Virus record (IMG/VR): IMGVR_UViG_3300031251_000011
Coordinates: 11,765-75,764 of that record
Source of the DNA: a virus
Length of the DNA: 64,000 nt
Strand: one strand, 5' to 3'
Shown: piece after piece, positions 54,920 through 63,793 of the stretch
How positions within the stretch are numbered: position 1 is the stretch's first letter
How the letters are laid out: each line of letters starts with the position of its first letter
Notes under the pieces: model-generated
The model's database searches: none
What the model saw: the letters and a program-made list of their open reading frames with translations, nothing else
Told to the model about the DNA's origin: nothing
Translations under genes and position numbers: made by a program

Positions 54920-56458
54920 GTGGCAACATTAGCCGAGAGGTTTCACGCTCTCTTCGCGGGCCTGCAGAGGGCGCACGGGGAGTACGTCGTGCCTGACGAC
55001 GCTGTCCCCGACGCCAAGGGCAAGATCGAGGGCAGGGCCAAGACCGTACACGAGCCACTGAGCGCGGAGCTTTGGGCCAGGCACCTGAAGGGCGAGCGCA
55101 GCTTCGGGCTCGGAGTCACGCCCATCACCGAGGACAACTCGTGCGGCTGGGGCGCGATCGACGTCGACGTGTACCCGCTCGACCTGCCTTCGCTGGAGAG
55201 GCTCTGCCGGAAGAAGGGGCTGCCCGTCGTGCTCTGCCGCACGAAGTCAGGGGGCGCGCACCTCTACGTATTCATGTCATCCCCCTGCCCCTCCGAGCTG
55301 GTGCGCTCTAAGCTGATGGAGTGGGCCGTGGCGCTGGGCTACCCCGGCGTCGAGGTGTTCCCCAAGCAGATCAGCCTGGCGAGCGAGCGCGACTACGGCA
55401 ACTGGATCAACATGCCGTACCAGGGCGGAGGCCGCACGACGCGCTACGCGCTGAGCGTGGAAGGTCAGGCGCTCTCGGCCGCGGAGTTCCTCGACCTGGC
55501 CGCGGAAAGGTCCGTGACCGAGGACTGGCTGCGCGCCTTCGAGCTTCCGCCCGACGAGACCACGGGCGACCTCTTCACCGGCGCCCCGCCGTGTCTGCAG
55601 ACCCTCGCCGTCACAGGTTTCAGCGGTCACCGGAACAACGGCCTGTTCTCCATCGCGGTCTACCTGCGCAAGCGTTACGGCGACGAGTTCGGCGAGCATC
55701 TGGAGAATTACAACCAGGAGTTCATGTCGCCGCCCCTGACCGGCGAGGAGGTCGGCAACACGGCCAAGTCCGTAAGGAAGAAGGCCTACTCGTACAAGTG
55801 CAAAGACGAGCCCATCTGCGCCGTCTGCAACAAGGAGGTCTGCCAGACGCGCGAGTTCGGCGTCGGCAAGGAGAACGAGGACCCCGGCGTCGTGTTCGGG
55901 CCGCTGGTGATGCTGATGACCGAGCCGCCGCTCTTCATCTGGGACGTGGACGGCGCGCGCATCGAGGTCGACGCCGAGGTCCTGATGAACCAGACGCTGT
56001 TCCACCGCGCCGTGATAAACAAGGGCATCAGGAAATGGCCCACGATGTTGAAGGGCCCGGCGTGGCAGAGGATCGTGCGCGAGAAGCTGGAGAGCGCCGA
56101 GCACGTGGACGTGCCGAAGGACGCCACCAAGGAGGGCCAGCTGGGCGAGCACCTGCAGGCGTTCTGCACGGGACGAAGCAGGGCGAGGGCTCTGGACGAG
56201 CTGCTGATGGGCAAGCCGTTCATGGACGTCGAGAACGGCCGCACGTTCTTCCGCGCGTCGGACTTCTTCGCGTACCTGCAGCAGCACCGCGTCGCCGGCG
56301 TGAGCGAGAAGGGCGTGTACGCGTGGCTCAAGCGCGAGGGCGTGGACCACCACTTCTACAAGCTGAAGGGCAAGGGCGTCAACTGCTGGAGCGTCGTCAG
56401 CTTCGAGGAGCAGACGGCTGAGCATGACGTGCCGAGGGTAGAGAAAGAGGAGATGTGA
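54920..56458 (+). CDS. AEP-family primase with a PriCT-like domain
   Basis: 'WGAIDVD', 'RTKSGGAHLYVF', 'EVFPKQ', 'GNWINMPY', 'PPCL..RNNGLF'. Confidence 0.82.
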   Translation: MATLAERFHALFAGLQRAHGEYVVPDDAVPDAKGKIEGRAKTVHEPLSAELWARHLKGERSFGLGVTPITEDNSCGWGAIDVDVYPLDLPSLERLCRKKGLPVVLCRTKSGGAHLYVFMSSPCPSELVRSKLMEWAVALGYPGVEVFPKQISLASERDYGNWINMPYQGGGRTTRYALSVEGQALSAAEFLDLAAERSVTEDWLRAFELPPDETTGDLFTGAPPCLQTLAVTGFSGHRNNGLFSIAVYLRKRYGDEFGEHLENYNQEFMSPPLTGEEVGNTAKSVRKKAYSYKCKDEPICAVCNKEVCQTREFGVGKENEDPGVVFGPLVMLMTEPPLFIWDVDGARIEVDAEVLMNQTLFHRAVINKGIRKWPTMLKGPAWQRIVREKLESAEHVDVPKDATKEGQLGEHLQAFCTGRSRARALDELLMGKPFMDVENGRTFFRASDFFAYLQQHRVAGVSEKGVYAWLKREGVDHHFYKLKGKGVNCWSVVSFEEQTAEHDVPRVEKEEM

Positions 56459-56506
56459 TTAACCGTTTTTCCGTCATCGGGAAAACAGAGCAGAGGAGCA
56501 GACGAA

Positions 56507-58255
56507 GTGACCACCAACCAGTACGGCCCCAAGACCCCGCAGGCCGAAGAGCTGCACGCCATGAAGTACCGCGGCCCCGGCGAGGACTTCCGCGAGGCCA
56601 TGAACCGCGTGGCCTTCGCGCTGAAGGACACCGACGCGCACTACCACGAGTTCAGGGAAATCCTTCTCAATCAGCGCTTCTGCCCCGGCGGGAGGATACA
56701 GGCGGCGATGGGCGCGACGCGGAGGACGACCGCGTACAACTGCTTCGTCAGCGGCTCTATCGCCGACACCTTCGTCGACGGGCAGGAGTCGATAATGGGG
56801 AGAGCGCACCAGGCGGCCGCGACGATGCGGATGGGCGGCGGCATCGGCTACGACTTCTCGACGCTGAGGCCGCGCGGCTTCCGCGTCGTCAAGATCGACT
56901 CGCAGGCGTCCGGCCCCGTGTCTTTCATGCCGGTGTTCGACGCGGTCTGCCTGGCGACAGCGTCGTTCGGACATCGGAGAGGGGCGCAGATGGGAGTGCT
57001 ACGCTGTGACCACCCGGACATCGAGGAGTTCATCGGGGCCAAGCAGAACGATGTTGCTTTGAAAGGCTTCAACGTTTCGGTCGCCGTCACCGACAAGCTG
57101 ATGGAGGCTGTCGCGCGGGGCTCCACCTTCTGGCTCCAGTGGAAAGGCGAGGACTACAAGGAGGTCGACGCGGCCGCGCTGTGGGAGCGCATCATGCGAT
57201 CGACCTGGGACTGGGCCGAGCCCGGCGTGCTCTTCATCGACACGATCAATCGCATGAACAACCTTCACTACTGCGAGACGATCGCCGCCACCAACCCCTG
57301 CGGCGAGCAGCCGCTGCCCCCGTACGGGGCGTGCCTGTTGGGGAGCTTCAACCTTACGAAGTACCTGACCCCCAACGTCAAGAGCGTGGCGGAAGCTGAC
57401 AATGGCGAGCCGGATTTTTATTTCAACTACGACCAGCTCATCACCGACCTGCCGGCCGTGGTCCGTGCCATGGACAACGTCGTGGACCGCACCATCTATC
57501 CGCTCGCCGAGCAGCGCGGCGAGGCGGTCAGCAAGCGGCGCATGGGCATCGGCGTGATGGGCTTGGCCAACGCGGGCGAGGCGCTCGGCTTCCCGTACGG
57601 CTCCCCCGCCTTCCTGGACTTCGAGGGCCGTGTGTTGCGAACGATCAACGTCGAGAGCTACCGAGCCTCAGCTTTTCTCGCCGGAGAGAAGGCGCCGTTC
57701 CCTCTCTTCGACGAGGAGCGCTACATGAAGGGAGAGTTCATCAAGACGCTGCCAGACGACGTGAAATTCTTGATAGCTTCCAACGGCATCCGCAACAGCC
57801 ACCTCACTTCGATCGCTCCGACCGGCACGATCAGCATGACCTGCGACAACATCAGCTCCGGCGTCGAGCCGGTCTTCTCCCACGAGACCACGCGGAACAT
57901 CAACACGCCGGACGGTGTCATGAAGACCGTGCTGCAGGACTACGGTGTCGGCTTCCTGGGGGTCAGGGGGAAGCTCAGCCGCGACGTCACGGCGCAGGAG
58001 CACGTGAACGTCCTGCTCGCGGCGCAGGCCCACGTCGACAGCGCGGTCAGCAAGACCTGCAACGTGTCGCCCGACATGCCCTGGGACGACTTCAAGAACA
58101 TCTACGTGGACGCGTACCAGGGCGGCGCGAAAGGCGCGACCACGTTCAACAGCGGCGGCAAGCGCTTCGCGCTGCTGGTCGAAGCGAAGCCGGTCAAGGA
58201 CGAGGGCGAGGTCAGCTGCGAGATCGACGCGAGCGGGCGGAGGAGCTGCGAATGA
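56507..58255 (+). CDS. nrdJ: Class II (AdoCbl-dependent) ribonucleotide reductase
   Basis: 'NCFV', 'GGGIG', 'RRGAQM', 'TNPCGEQPL..CLLGS', 'IAPTGTIS', 'VSKTCN'; C-terminal Cys pair; no beta-subunit gene nearby. Confidence 0.9.
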   Translation: MTTNQYGPKTPQAEELHAMKYRGPGEDFREAMNRVAFALKDTDAHYHEFREILLNQRFCPGGRIQAAMGATRRTTAYNCFVSGSIADTFVDGQESIMGRAHQAAATMRMGGGIGYDFSTLRPRGFRVVKIDSQASGPVSFMPVFDAVCLATASFGHRRGAQMGVLRCDHPDIEEFIGAKQNDVALKGFNVSVAVTDKLMEAVARGSTFWLQWKGEDYKEVDAAALWERIMRSTWDWAEPGVLFIDTINRMNNLHYCETIAATNPCGEQPLPPYGACLLGSFNLTKYLTPNVKSVAEADNGEPDFYFNYDQLITDLPAVVRAMDNVVDRTIYPLAEQRGEAVSKRRMGIGVMGLANAGEALGFPYGSPAFLDFEGRVLRTINVESYRASAFLAGEKAPFPLFDEERYMKGEFIKTLPDDVKFLIASNGIRNSHLTSIAPTGTISMTCDNISSGVEPVFSHETTRNINTPDGVMKTVLQDYGVGFLGVRGKLSRDVTAQEHVNVLLAAQAHVDSAVSKTCNVSPDMPWDDFKNIYVDAYQGGAKGATTFNSGGKRFALLVEAKPVKDEGEVSCEIDASGRRSCE

Positions 58256-58515
58256 TTAACCCCCTGTCCCTCCTGGTCGAGGCCTGCGAGTACCTTTCCG
58301 ACGGCGCGAGAGCCGCGCAGCAGCCGAGGGTCACCGCCCAGGAGGTTGGCGACGTGCTCGCGGCAATCGACGTGCTCGTGTACCGTGACATGTTCACCGA
58401 CGAGGAGCTGCGCGCGGCGAAGTTCCGACGCTTGATCGAGCTGAAGAAGCTGCACGGTGACGAGGCCGTGCTGGGCGTCAGCACCGGGAAACCTTTCACG
58501 GGGGTGAGCGGATGA
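58252..58515 (+). CDS. Hypothetical protein (MazG-like helix motif)
   Basis: 'EACE..QEVGDVLAAID'. Confidence 0.45.
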   Translation: MINPLSLLVEACEYLSDGARAAQQPRVTAQEVGDVLAAIDVLVYRDMFTDEELRAAKFRRLIELKKLHGDEAVLGVSTGKPFTGVSG

Positions 58516-58682
58516 AATACCTGAGAGCGGTTGCGCGTTTCCTCGGCTGGGTGTTCTTCCTGACGGGCCTCGCCGCGGCGTACCCCGTCGCCTGGGTGCG
58601 CTTCGTGTGGGAGCTGTCGGACGTAGTCCTCGACGACCTGCAGCGGTTCTACGCGGCGCAGGAGAGGCGCAAGGAAGACTGA
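58512..58682 (+). CDS. Small membrane protein
   Basis: ATGA overlap; MKYLRAVARFLGWVFFLTGLAAAY. Confidence 0.5.
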   Translation: MKYLRAVARFLGWVFFLTGLAAAYPVAWVRFVWELSDVVLDDLQRFYAAQERRKED

Positions 58683-58683
58683 G

Positions 58684-59001
58684 GTGCACGACATCGAGGC
58701 CCTCCCTCCCCGCATCCGGAAGCTGCTGACGGTCTGCCCGATCAGCGGCTGCTGGGTCTTCGTCGGCAGGTGGACGACGGGGAAGGGCCACGCGAAGACG
58801 ATGTGGCAGGGGCATCACGTTATGCTCCACCGCGTCGTGTATTCGTTGTTAGTCGCCCCGGTCTGCTGGTGGCTCAACCTCGACCACCTCTGCAGGTTTC
58901 GCGGCTGCAGCAACCCGGACCATCTGGAGCCGGTTCCGCCGGTGGTGAACACGCGGCGGGGTGAGGCTAAACTGTTTAAGCGGCGCGCGGAGTATACATG
59001 A
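58684..59001 (+). CDS. HNH endonuclease
   Basis: 'GCW..G..HRVVY..LDHLC..RGC.NPDHLEPV...N..RG'. Confidence 0.85.
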   Translation: MHDIEALPPRIRKLLTVCPISGCWVFVGRWTTGKGHAKTMWQGHHVMLHRVVYSLLVAPVCWWLNLDHLCRFRGCSNPDHLEPVPPVVNTRRGEAKLFKRRAEYT

Positions 59002-60467
59002 AGAAAACTTTAGTTCTTGGTGGTCCGGGATGCGGCAAGACCACGCGCCTGCTGCAGGTGATGGAGCAGGCGCTCGACAGCGGCGTGCGCGCCAACCAGA
59101 TCGCGTTCTGCTCCTTCACCAACGCCGCGGCCGACGAGGCGCGCGACCGGGCGATGGAACGCTTCGGCCTCAAGGAGGAGGACCTGCCGTACTTCCGCAC
59201 GCTCCACTCTTTAGCATTTCGAGAATTAGGTGTGAGCAAACGCGACGTGGTCAGCAAGCAGCACCTGCTGGAGCTTGGCGAGCTGACGGGCGAGCTGATC
59301 GACCCGCGCGGCTACGACGTCACGGTGCCGGCCACCGGGATGAGCGCCGACCCGCTCATAACCATCGACGGTAAAGCCCGGATGATGCTTACGACGCTGC
59401 GCCGCGCCTGGGAGACCAACCAGGACGTCGGCGGCGACCTTGAGTGGTTCCGGCTGAAGCGCTTCTCCGACGCCTACACAAAGTTCCGCGAGGACCGCGG
59501 GCTGATCGACTTCACCGACATGCTTGAGCGCTACGCGTTCGGAGACGGCGGCCCCACGCCGGTGAAGGTGGCGATCGTCGACGAGGCGCAGGACCTGACG
59601 CTGCTGCAGTGGAAGGTGGTCGAGAAGGCCTTCTCGCACGCCGACGAGCTTTGGGTCGGAGGCGACGACGATCAGGCGATCTACGAGTGGTCCGGCGCGG
59701 CCACAGGTCATCTGATGAGCCTGGGCTACGAGCGCGAGGTCCTCCCCCTGTCCCACCGGCTGCCGCAGCAGGTGTTCGACCTCAGCCGCGAGGTCGTGAG
59801 CAGGATCGGGCGCCGCTTCCCAAAGGACACGAGGTCGAGCGGCCGCGCCGGAGCCGTCGAGTGGGTGTCGGGTGCTGAGGAGGTCGACCTGTCCAAAGGC
59901 AAGTGGCTGGTGCTGGCGCGGACGCGCTACCAGCTGGGACCTTTGGAAGAAGAGGCGCGGAGGCAGGGGGTTGTGTACTCGACGAAAGGCAGGCCCTCGG
60001 TAGCTCCCGCCCACGTCGTGGCCATCCTGGCGTACGAGAGGCTGCGGAGAGGCTCCAGGGTGGAAGGGCCTGAGGCGATCGCGGCGCTCAAAGCCATGGG
60101 CCTGCCGGTGAGGGAGATGGCTGAGGACAGGACCTACGACGCGGCAGAGCTGGGCGTGAGGTTCGAGGCGATCTGGCACGATGCGCTAGTCCGGATCAGC
60201 CCGGACGACCGCGAGTATTACCTGGCCTGCCTGCGCAGGGGCGACAAGCTGACGGAGGCCCCCCGCGTGAGGGTGGAGACCGTCCACGGGGCAAAGGGCG
60301 CCGAGGCGGAGAACGTCCTGCTCGTCACCGACATGACCTACAGGGTGAAGAGGGGCTACGAGGAGGACCCGGACGCCGAGCACCGGGTGTTCTACGTTGG
60401 CGTCACCCGGGCCTCCGGCAGCCTCCACCTGGTGGCCCCCCGCAGCGTGTACCCTTACCCCCTCTAG
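58998..60467 (+). CDS. Second SF1 (UvrD-like) helicase
   Basis: GGPGCGKTT; FRTLHS; VDEAQD; GDDDQAIY; TVHGAKGAE; FYVGVTRA. Confidence 0.92.
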   Translation: MKKTLVLGGPGCGKTTRLLQVMEQALDSGVRANQIAFCSFTNAAADEARDRAMERFGLKEEDLPYFRTLHSLAFRELGVSKRDVVSKQHLLELGELTGELIDPRGYDVTVPATGMSADPLITIDGKARMMLTTLRRAWETNQDVGGDLEWFRLKRFSDAYTKFREDRGLIDFTDMLERYAFGDGGPTPVKVAIVDEAQDLTLLQWKVVEKAFSHADELWVGGDDDQAIYEWSGAATGHLMSLGYEREVLPLSHRLPQQVFDLSREVVSRIGRRFPKDTRSSGRAGAVEWVSGAEEVDLSKGKWLVLARTRYQLGPLEEEARRQGVVYSTKGRPSVAPAHVVAILAYERLRRGSRVEGPEAIAALKAMGLPVREMAEDRTYDAAELGVRFEAIWHDALVRISPDDREYYLACLRRGDKLTEAPRVRVETVHGAKGAEAENVLLVTDMTYRVKRGYEEDPDAEHRVFYVGVTRASGSLHLVAPRSVYPYPL

Positions 60468-60502
60468 GCGGGGAAGGCTGTCTGGCGGGCAGATTTTAGG
60501 GG

Positions 60503-60532
60503 TTTACTCCTGCCTAAACAAGGGAGTAGGGT
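60503..60532 (+). promoter_or_regulatory. Promoter TTTACT-N18-TAGGGT
   Basis: Shares GTTTACTCCTGCCTA with the 1496 promoter. Confidence 0.6.
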
Positions 60533-60586
60533 GGGGACCTCGGGCGGGACCTCCCCGACCCGGTAACTCAGAGCCAGAGAGAAGAC

Positions 60587-61270
60587 ATGAAAACATACCT
60601 CGTTCAGCTGACCCCCGCGGGCAAGACCCTCGTGCTTCCGTTCTCAGACCTGCCGGCTGCCAAGGCGATGGCCGCGGGTGAGTGGGAGGCCGGGACTCGC
60701 CTCTACACCCTGCAGGGCGCCAACGACCTCGCCACCGCCTCCTCCGCGGAGCTGGTCGCCCTCCACAACGGCCTCCTCCCGGAGGGCGGTAACAAAACAT
60801 CAAATTTCGATGATCTGAAAAAAGGTGCGAAGAAGGTGTTTGCAATGGTCCTGAAAGCCTGTATCACTTCTCCCGTTCCCGGAGATCAGGCGCCGGCCGC
60901 GGGGACCGAGGAAAGCATCCCGCCGGCGTCAGTCAAACCGAAGAGGCAGAAGACCATGGCTACCAAGACGAAGAAGACCCCCGCGAAGAAGGCCGCCAAG
61001 AAGGCCGCCAAGAAGTCCGCGACCCCCCGCGTGAAGGCCCCCGCCTTCATCGAGATCGGCAACGGCGCCCCGCCGGCCGGCACGACCTGCGGCCTGTTCA
61101 TCCGCTCGCTCATCATGAAGGGCGCGACGACCGAGGACATCCTCGCGAAGGTCAAGAAGCACTACCCCGACAGCACCGCGAAGGGCTCGGACGTCAGCTG
61201 GAACCGGCAGAAGCTCCGGGCGGACGGCATCAAGAACGTGCCGGACGCGCGGGTCGCGAAGGAGGAGTAG
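60587..61270 (+). CDS. Putative DNA-binding protein (Lys/Ala-rich linker + C-terminal helical domain)
   Basis: 'TPAKKAAKKAAKK'; C-terminal domain resembles the MTase C-terminus. Confidence 0.65.
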   Translation: MKTYLVQLTPAGKTLVLPFSDLPAAKAMAAGEWEAGTRLYTLQGANDLATASSAELVALHNGLLPEGGNKTSNFDDLKKGAKKVFAMVLKACITSPVPGDQAPAAGTEESIPPASVKPKRQKTMATKTKKTPAKKAAKKAAKKSATPRVKAPAFIEIGNGAPPAGTTCGLFIRSLIMKGATTEDILAKVKKHYPDSTAKGSDVSWNRQKLRADGIKNVPDARVAKEE

Positions 61271-61304
61271 ACCTCAGACCTCTCTCCCTAACTCTCTAAA
61301 GATC

Positions 61305-61336
61305 AAGGCCCCCTTAACCGGGGGCCTTCGTCGTTT
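61305..61336 (+). terminator. Intrinsic terminator
   Basis: AAGGCCCCC-TTAACC-GGGGGCCTT followed by CGTCGTTT. Confidence 0.6.
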
Positions 61337-61347
61337 GTGGGGTAAGC

Positions 61348-61650
61348 ATGAACATGAAGACTGCGAAATGGACCGCGAAACCCAACAGGCCGGGGCAGAC
61401 CGCCGGCTGGACCCTGCTGCGTGACGGCGTCCCGCTGATCCGACTCGGGCGCGTCATTGAGACGAACCCGGGATACCTGACGCTGGAGGAGTTCGCCGCG
61501 ACGGCGCACGAGATCGCGGACAGGCTGAGCGGGAGGACAGGGCCTCCGGCCGCTCCCGGATACGAACAGCCCTACGACCCGGAGCGCTGCCTCAACTGCG
61601 GGGGCTTTCATGGTTTAGGGCTTCCCTGCCCGGACCTGGTGCCGCGATGA
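61348..61650 (+). CDS. Hypothetical protein with a C-terminal CxxC..H..C motif
   Basis: ATGA overlap with the glycosylase gene. Confidence 0.55.
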   Translation: MNMKTAKWTAKPNRPGQTAGWTLLRDGVPLIRLGRVIETNPGYLTLEEFAATAHEIADRLSGRTGPPAAPGYEQPYDPERCLNCGGFHGLGLPCPDLVPR

Positions 61651-62144
61651 CACTTCGCAAGCCGTACGTCCTCCTCTTCCAGGAGACCCTTGCGCGCAGG
61701 CGCCCGAAGCACTGGAAGTTCTGGCTGCTGGTCGGCTGCGTCATGGTGAACCGCGCGAGGTGGGAGGAGGCGCAGCCGATCCACGCTGGCCTGATGGGCG
61801 CGTGGCCGTCGCCCGAGGGGCTGCTTGCCGGGCTCTCCCTGGAGGAGACGCAGGACGAGATGCGCCCGCTCGGCTTCCCGGTCAGCAGGGCTCGCGTCAT
61901 CAGGAACCTCGCGTTCAGGTGGCTCAAGGAGCCGCTGACGAACTACAAGGAGGTCCAGTCGGTGGTCGGCCTTGGGCAGTACGCCGCGGACAGCTGGGCC
62001 ATCTTCGTTGACGGCAAGCGGAACGTGAAACCGAAGGACAAGCGCCTGCGGGAGTTCCTGCGGGAGGAGAAACGTATCAAGGCCGAACGTGCCACCAGGC
62101 GAGCGGCGATCGACAAAGCAGAGTTCATGAGGGAGAGCGCGTGA
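61647..62144 (+). CDS. MBD4-like HhH-GPD DNA glycosylase
   Basis: 'LFQETL..W..LLVGCVMVNRA..WPSPE..RPLGF..RAR.I..GLGQYAADSWAIF..VKPKDKRL'. Confidence 0.82.
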   Translation: MTLRKPYVLLFQETLARRRPKHWKFWLLVGCVMVNRARWEEAQPIHAGLMGAWPSPEGLLAGLSLEETQDEMRPLGFPVSRARVIRNLAFRWLKEPLTNYKEVQSVVGLGQYAADSWAIFVDGKRNVKPKDKRLREFLREEKRIKAERATRRAAIDKAEFMRESA

Positions 62145-63565
62145 TGGCAAAACTTACGGCGATAGCTGCGGACGTCTTCGCGGGCGGCTTCTCGCTGGGA
62201 GTGCAGAAGCACTTCAACGTGCTGGCGCACCTGGAGGAGAGCAGTTACGGCGTGGCGACGGCGCGGCGCAACTTCCCGAAAATACCGATCCACGTCGGCG
62301 TCGACAACTGGCCGCTGGACTTCTTCAAGGACAAGGTCGACTTCGTGTTCGCCAACCCTCCGTGCGCGCCGTTCTCGGTAGCCGGTTACACGAAGACGCG
62401 GGGCACAGACAAGTGGCTCACTGATCCGCGGCTCGCCTGCACGCTCACGTGCGCCAACCTCCGGAAGACGCTGCGCCCGAAGGTCTACGCCACGGAGAGC
62501 GTCACGCAGGCCTGGAGCAAAGGTCGCGAGTTCATCGAGAACATGGTGAAGGAGGCGGCCGACGACGGCTACGCCACGACCGTGCTTCTGCACGACGCGC
62601 AGCACCTGGGCCTCCCACAGGCCCGGAAGCGCGTGTTCTTCGTCTTCCACCGTATCGGCTTCTCCCCGCGCGCTCCGAACTGGGCGCCGCCTCCGGTTCC
62701 GCTCGACGTGCTGCCGGACAAGCCGGTCGGGGAACCGATGATCGAGAAGCCGGACTACTTCACGGCGAAACGTCTGGCCAAGGTGCTGCCTGGCGAGCGG
62801 CTGAGCAAGTTCTGGGAGCGCACGCACCCAGACGAGAGCAAGTGGAAGCGGAACGCGCAGGGCGGCGTGGCGGGCAGGCCGGCGTTCGGTCATTGCCGGC
62901 TGCCGGTCGACAGGCCGAGCGGAGCCACGGTTGGCTATTGCCTGGCGCACCCCGTCGAGAACCGCTTCCTCTCCACCGAGGAGATACAGCTGCTGTCGGG
63001 CTTCCCGGCTGACTTCGTGTTCACGCCCAACGGCAAGAACGCCAGAGCTGCGGAGATAGCCCGCGGCGTCTGTCCGAAGGTCGGCGAGTGGCTGGCAGCG
63101 TCGGTGAAGGCAGCCATAGACGCTGACGCGCCGCTCGCTGACACCAAGCTGGTGGAATACGATTACAGGCGGCCGCCCGTTGACGCGGATGACGTGCAGC
63201 GCCGCGAGGTGCCGTTCGGGGAGACGTCCACGGAGCCTGCCACAGTGAGGTCAGGATCGCCGAGGCAGCCCCGCCTGCCGCGCACCGAGGTCCTGCAGGG
63301 CGAGCCGGCGAAGCCAAGGCCGGCGAAGTTCCCGGTGCCGAAGGCTGACCTCGGTTCGGGCAACTACATCAGGCTGCTGTTGACGATGGAGGTCTTCACG
63401 ACCGAGGAGATCGTGACCGCGGTGCATGAACATTTCAAGACGAGCAAGGCCACGGCGGCCGACGTGAGCTACCACCGAGGGAAGATGAAGGAAGCGGGCG
63501 CGCCTGTGCGCGTGGTCCGCGAGACATCGCAGGGGAGGCGGCTGGCGCCGCTGAAAGGAGCGTAG
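62141..63565 (+). CDS. C5 cytosine DNA methyltransferase with an extra C-terminal domain
   Basis: FAGG (motif I), NPPCAPFS (IV), ESV (VI variant), PQARKR (VIII), HP.ENR.LS..E....GFP (IX), RGV.P (X). Confidence 0.85.
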   Translation: MMAKLTAIAADVFAGGFSLGVQKHFNVLAHLEESSYGVATARRNFPKIPIHVGVDNWPLDFFKDKVDFVFANPPCAPFSVAGYTKTRGTDKWLTDPRLACTLTCANLRKTLRPKVYATESVTQAWSKGREFIENMVKEAADDGYATTVLLHDAQHLGLPQARKRVFFVFHRIGFSPRAPNWAPPPVPLDVLPDKPVGEPMIEKPDYFTAKRLAKVLPGERLSKFWERTHPDESKWKRNAQGGVAGRPAFGHCRLPVDRPSGATVGYCLAHPVENRFLSTEEIQLLSGFPADFVFTPNGKNARAAEIARGVCPKVGEWLAASVKAAIDADAPLADTKLVEYDYRRPPVDADDVQRREVPFGETSTEPATVRSGSPRQPRLPRTEVLQGEPAKPRPAKFPVPKADLGSGNYIRLLLTMEVFTTEEIVTAVHEHFKTSKATAADVSYHRGKMKEAGAPVRVVRETSQGRRLAPLKGA

Positions 63566-63568
63566 GTT

Positions 63569-63793
63569 ATGGCGAGAGGTCTGAAGGTTCCGGCGCACCT
63601 GGTGCCGGTTACGACCGAGCGGAAGAGCCCGGTCAGGAGCGATCGCACACACGGCATGAACGACGAGTTCGTCGAAGAATTGCTGTCGAAGGTCTCGAAG
63701 CTGCAGAGCGCCGGCATCAGCAACGCGACCATCCTGGGCGTGCTCGGCGACGTGAAGTTCAACATACCGAAACCTAAGAAGCCGAGGGCATGA
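63569..63793 (+). CDS. Hypothetical protein
   Basis: Follows the MTase; ATGA overlap downstream. Confidence 0.55.
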   Translation: MARGLKVPAHLVPVTTERKSPVRSDRTHGMNDEFVEELLSKVSKLQSAGISNATILGVLGDVKFNIPKPKKPRA

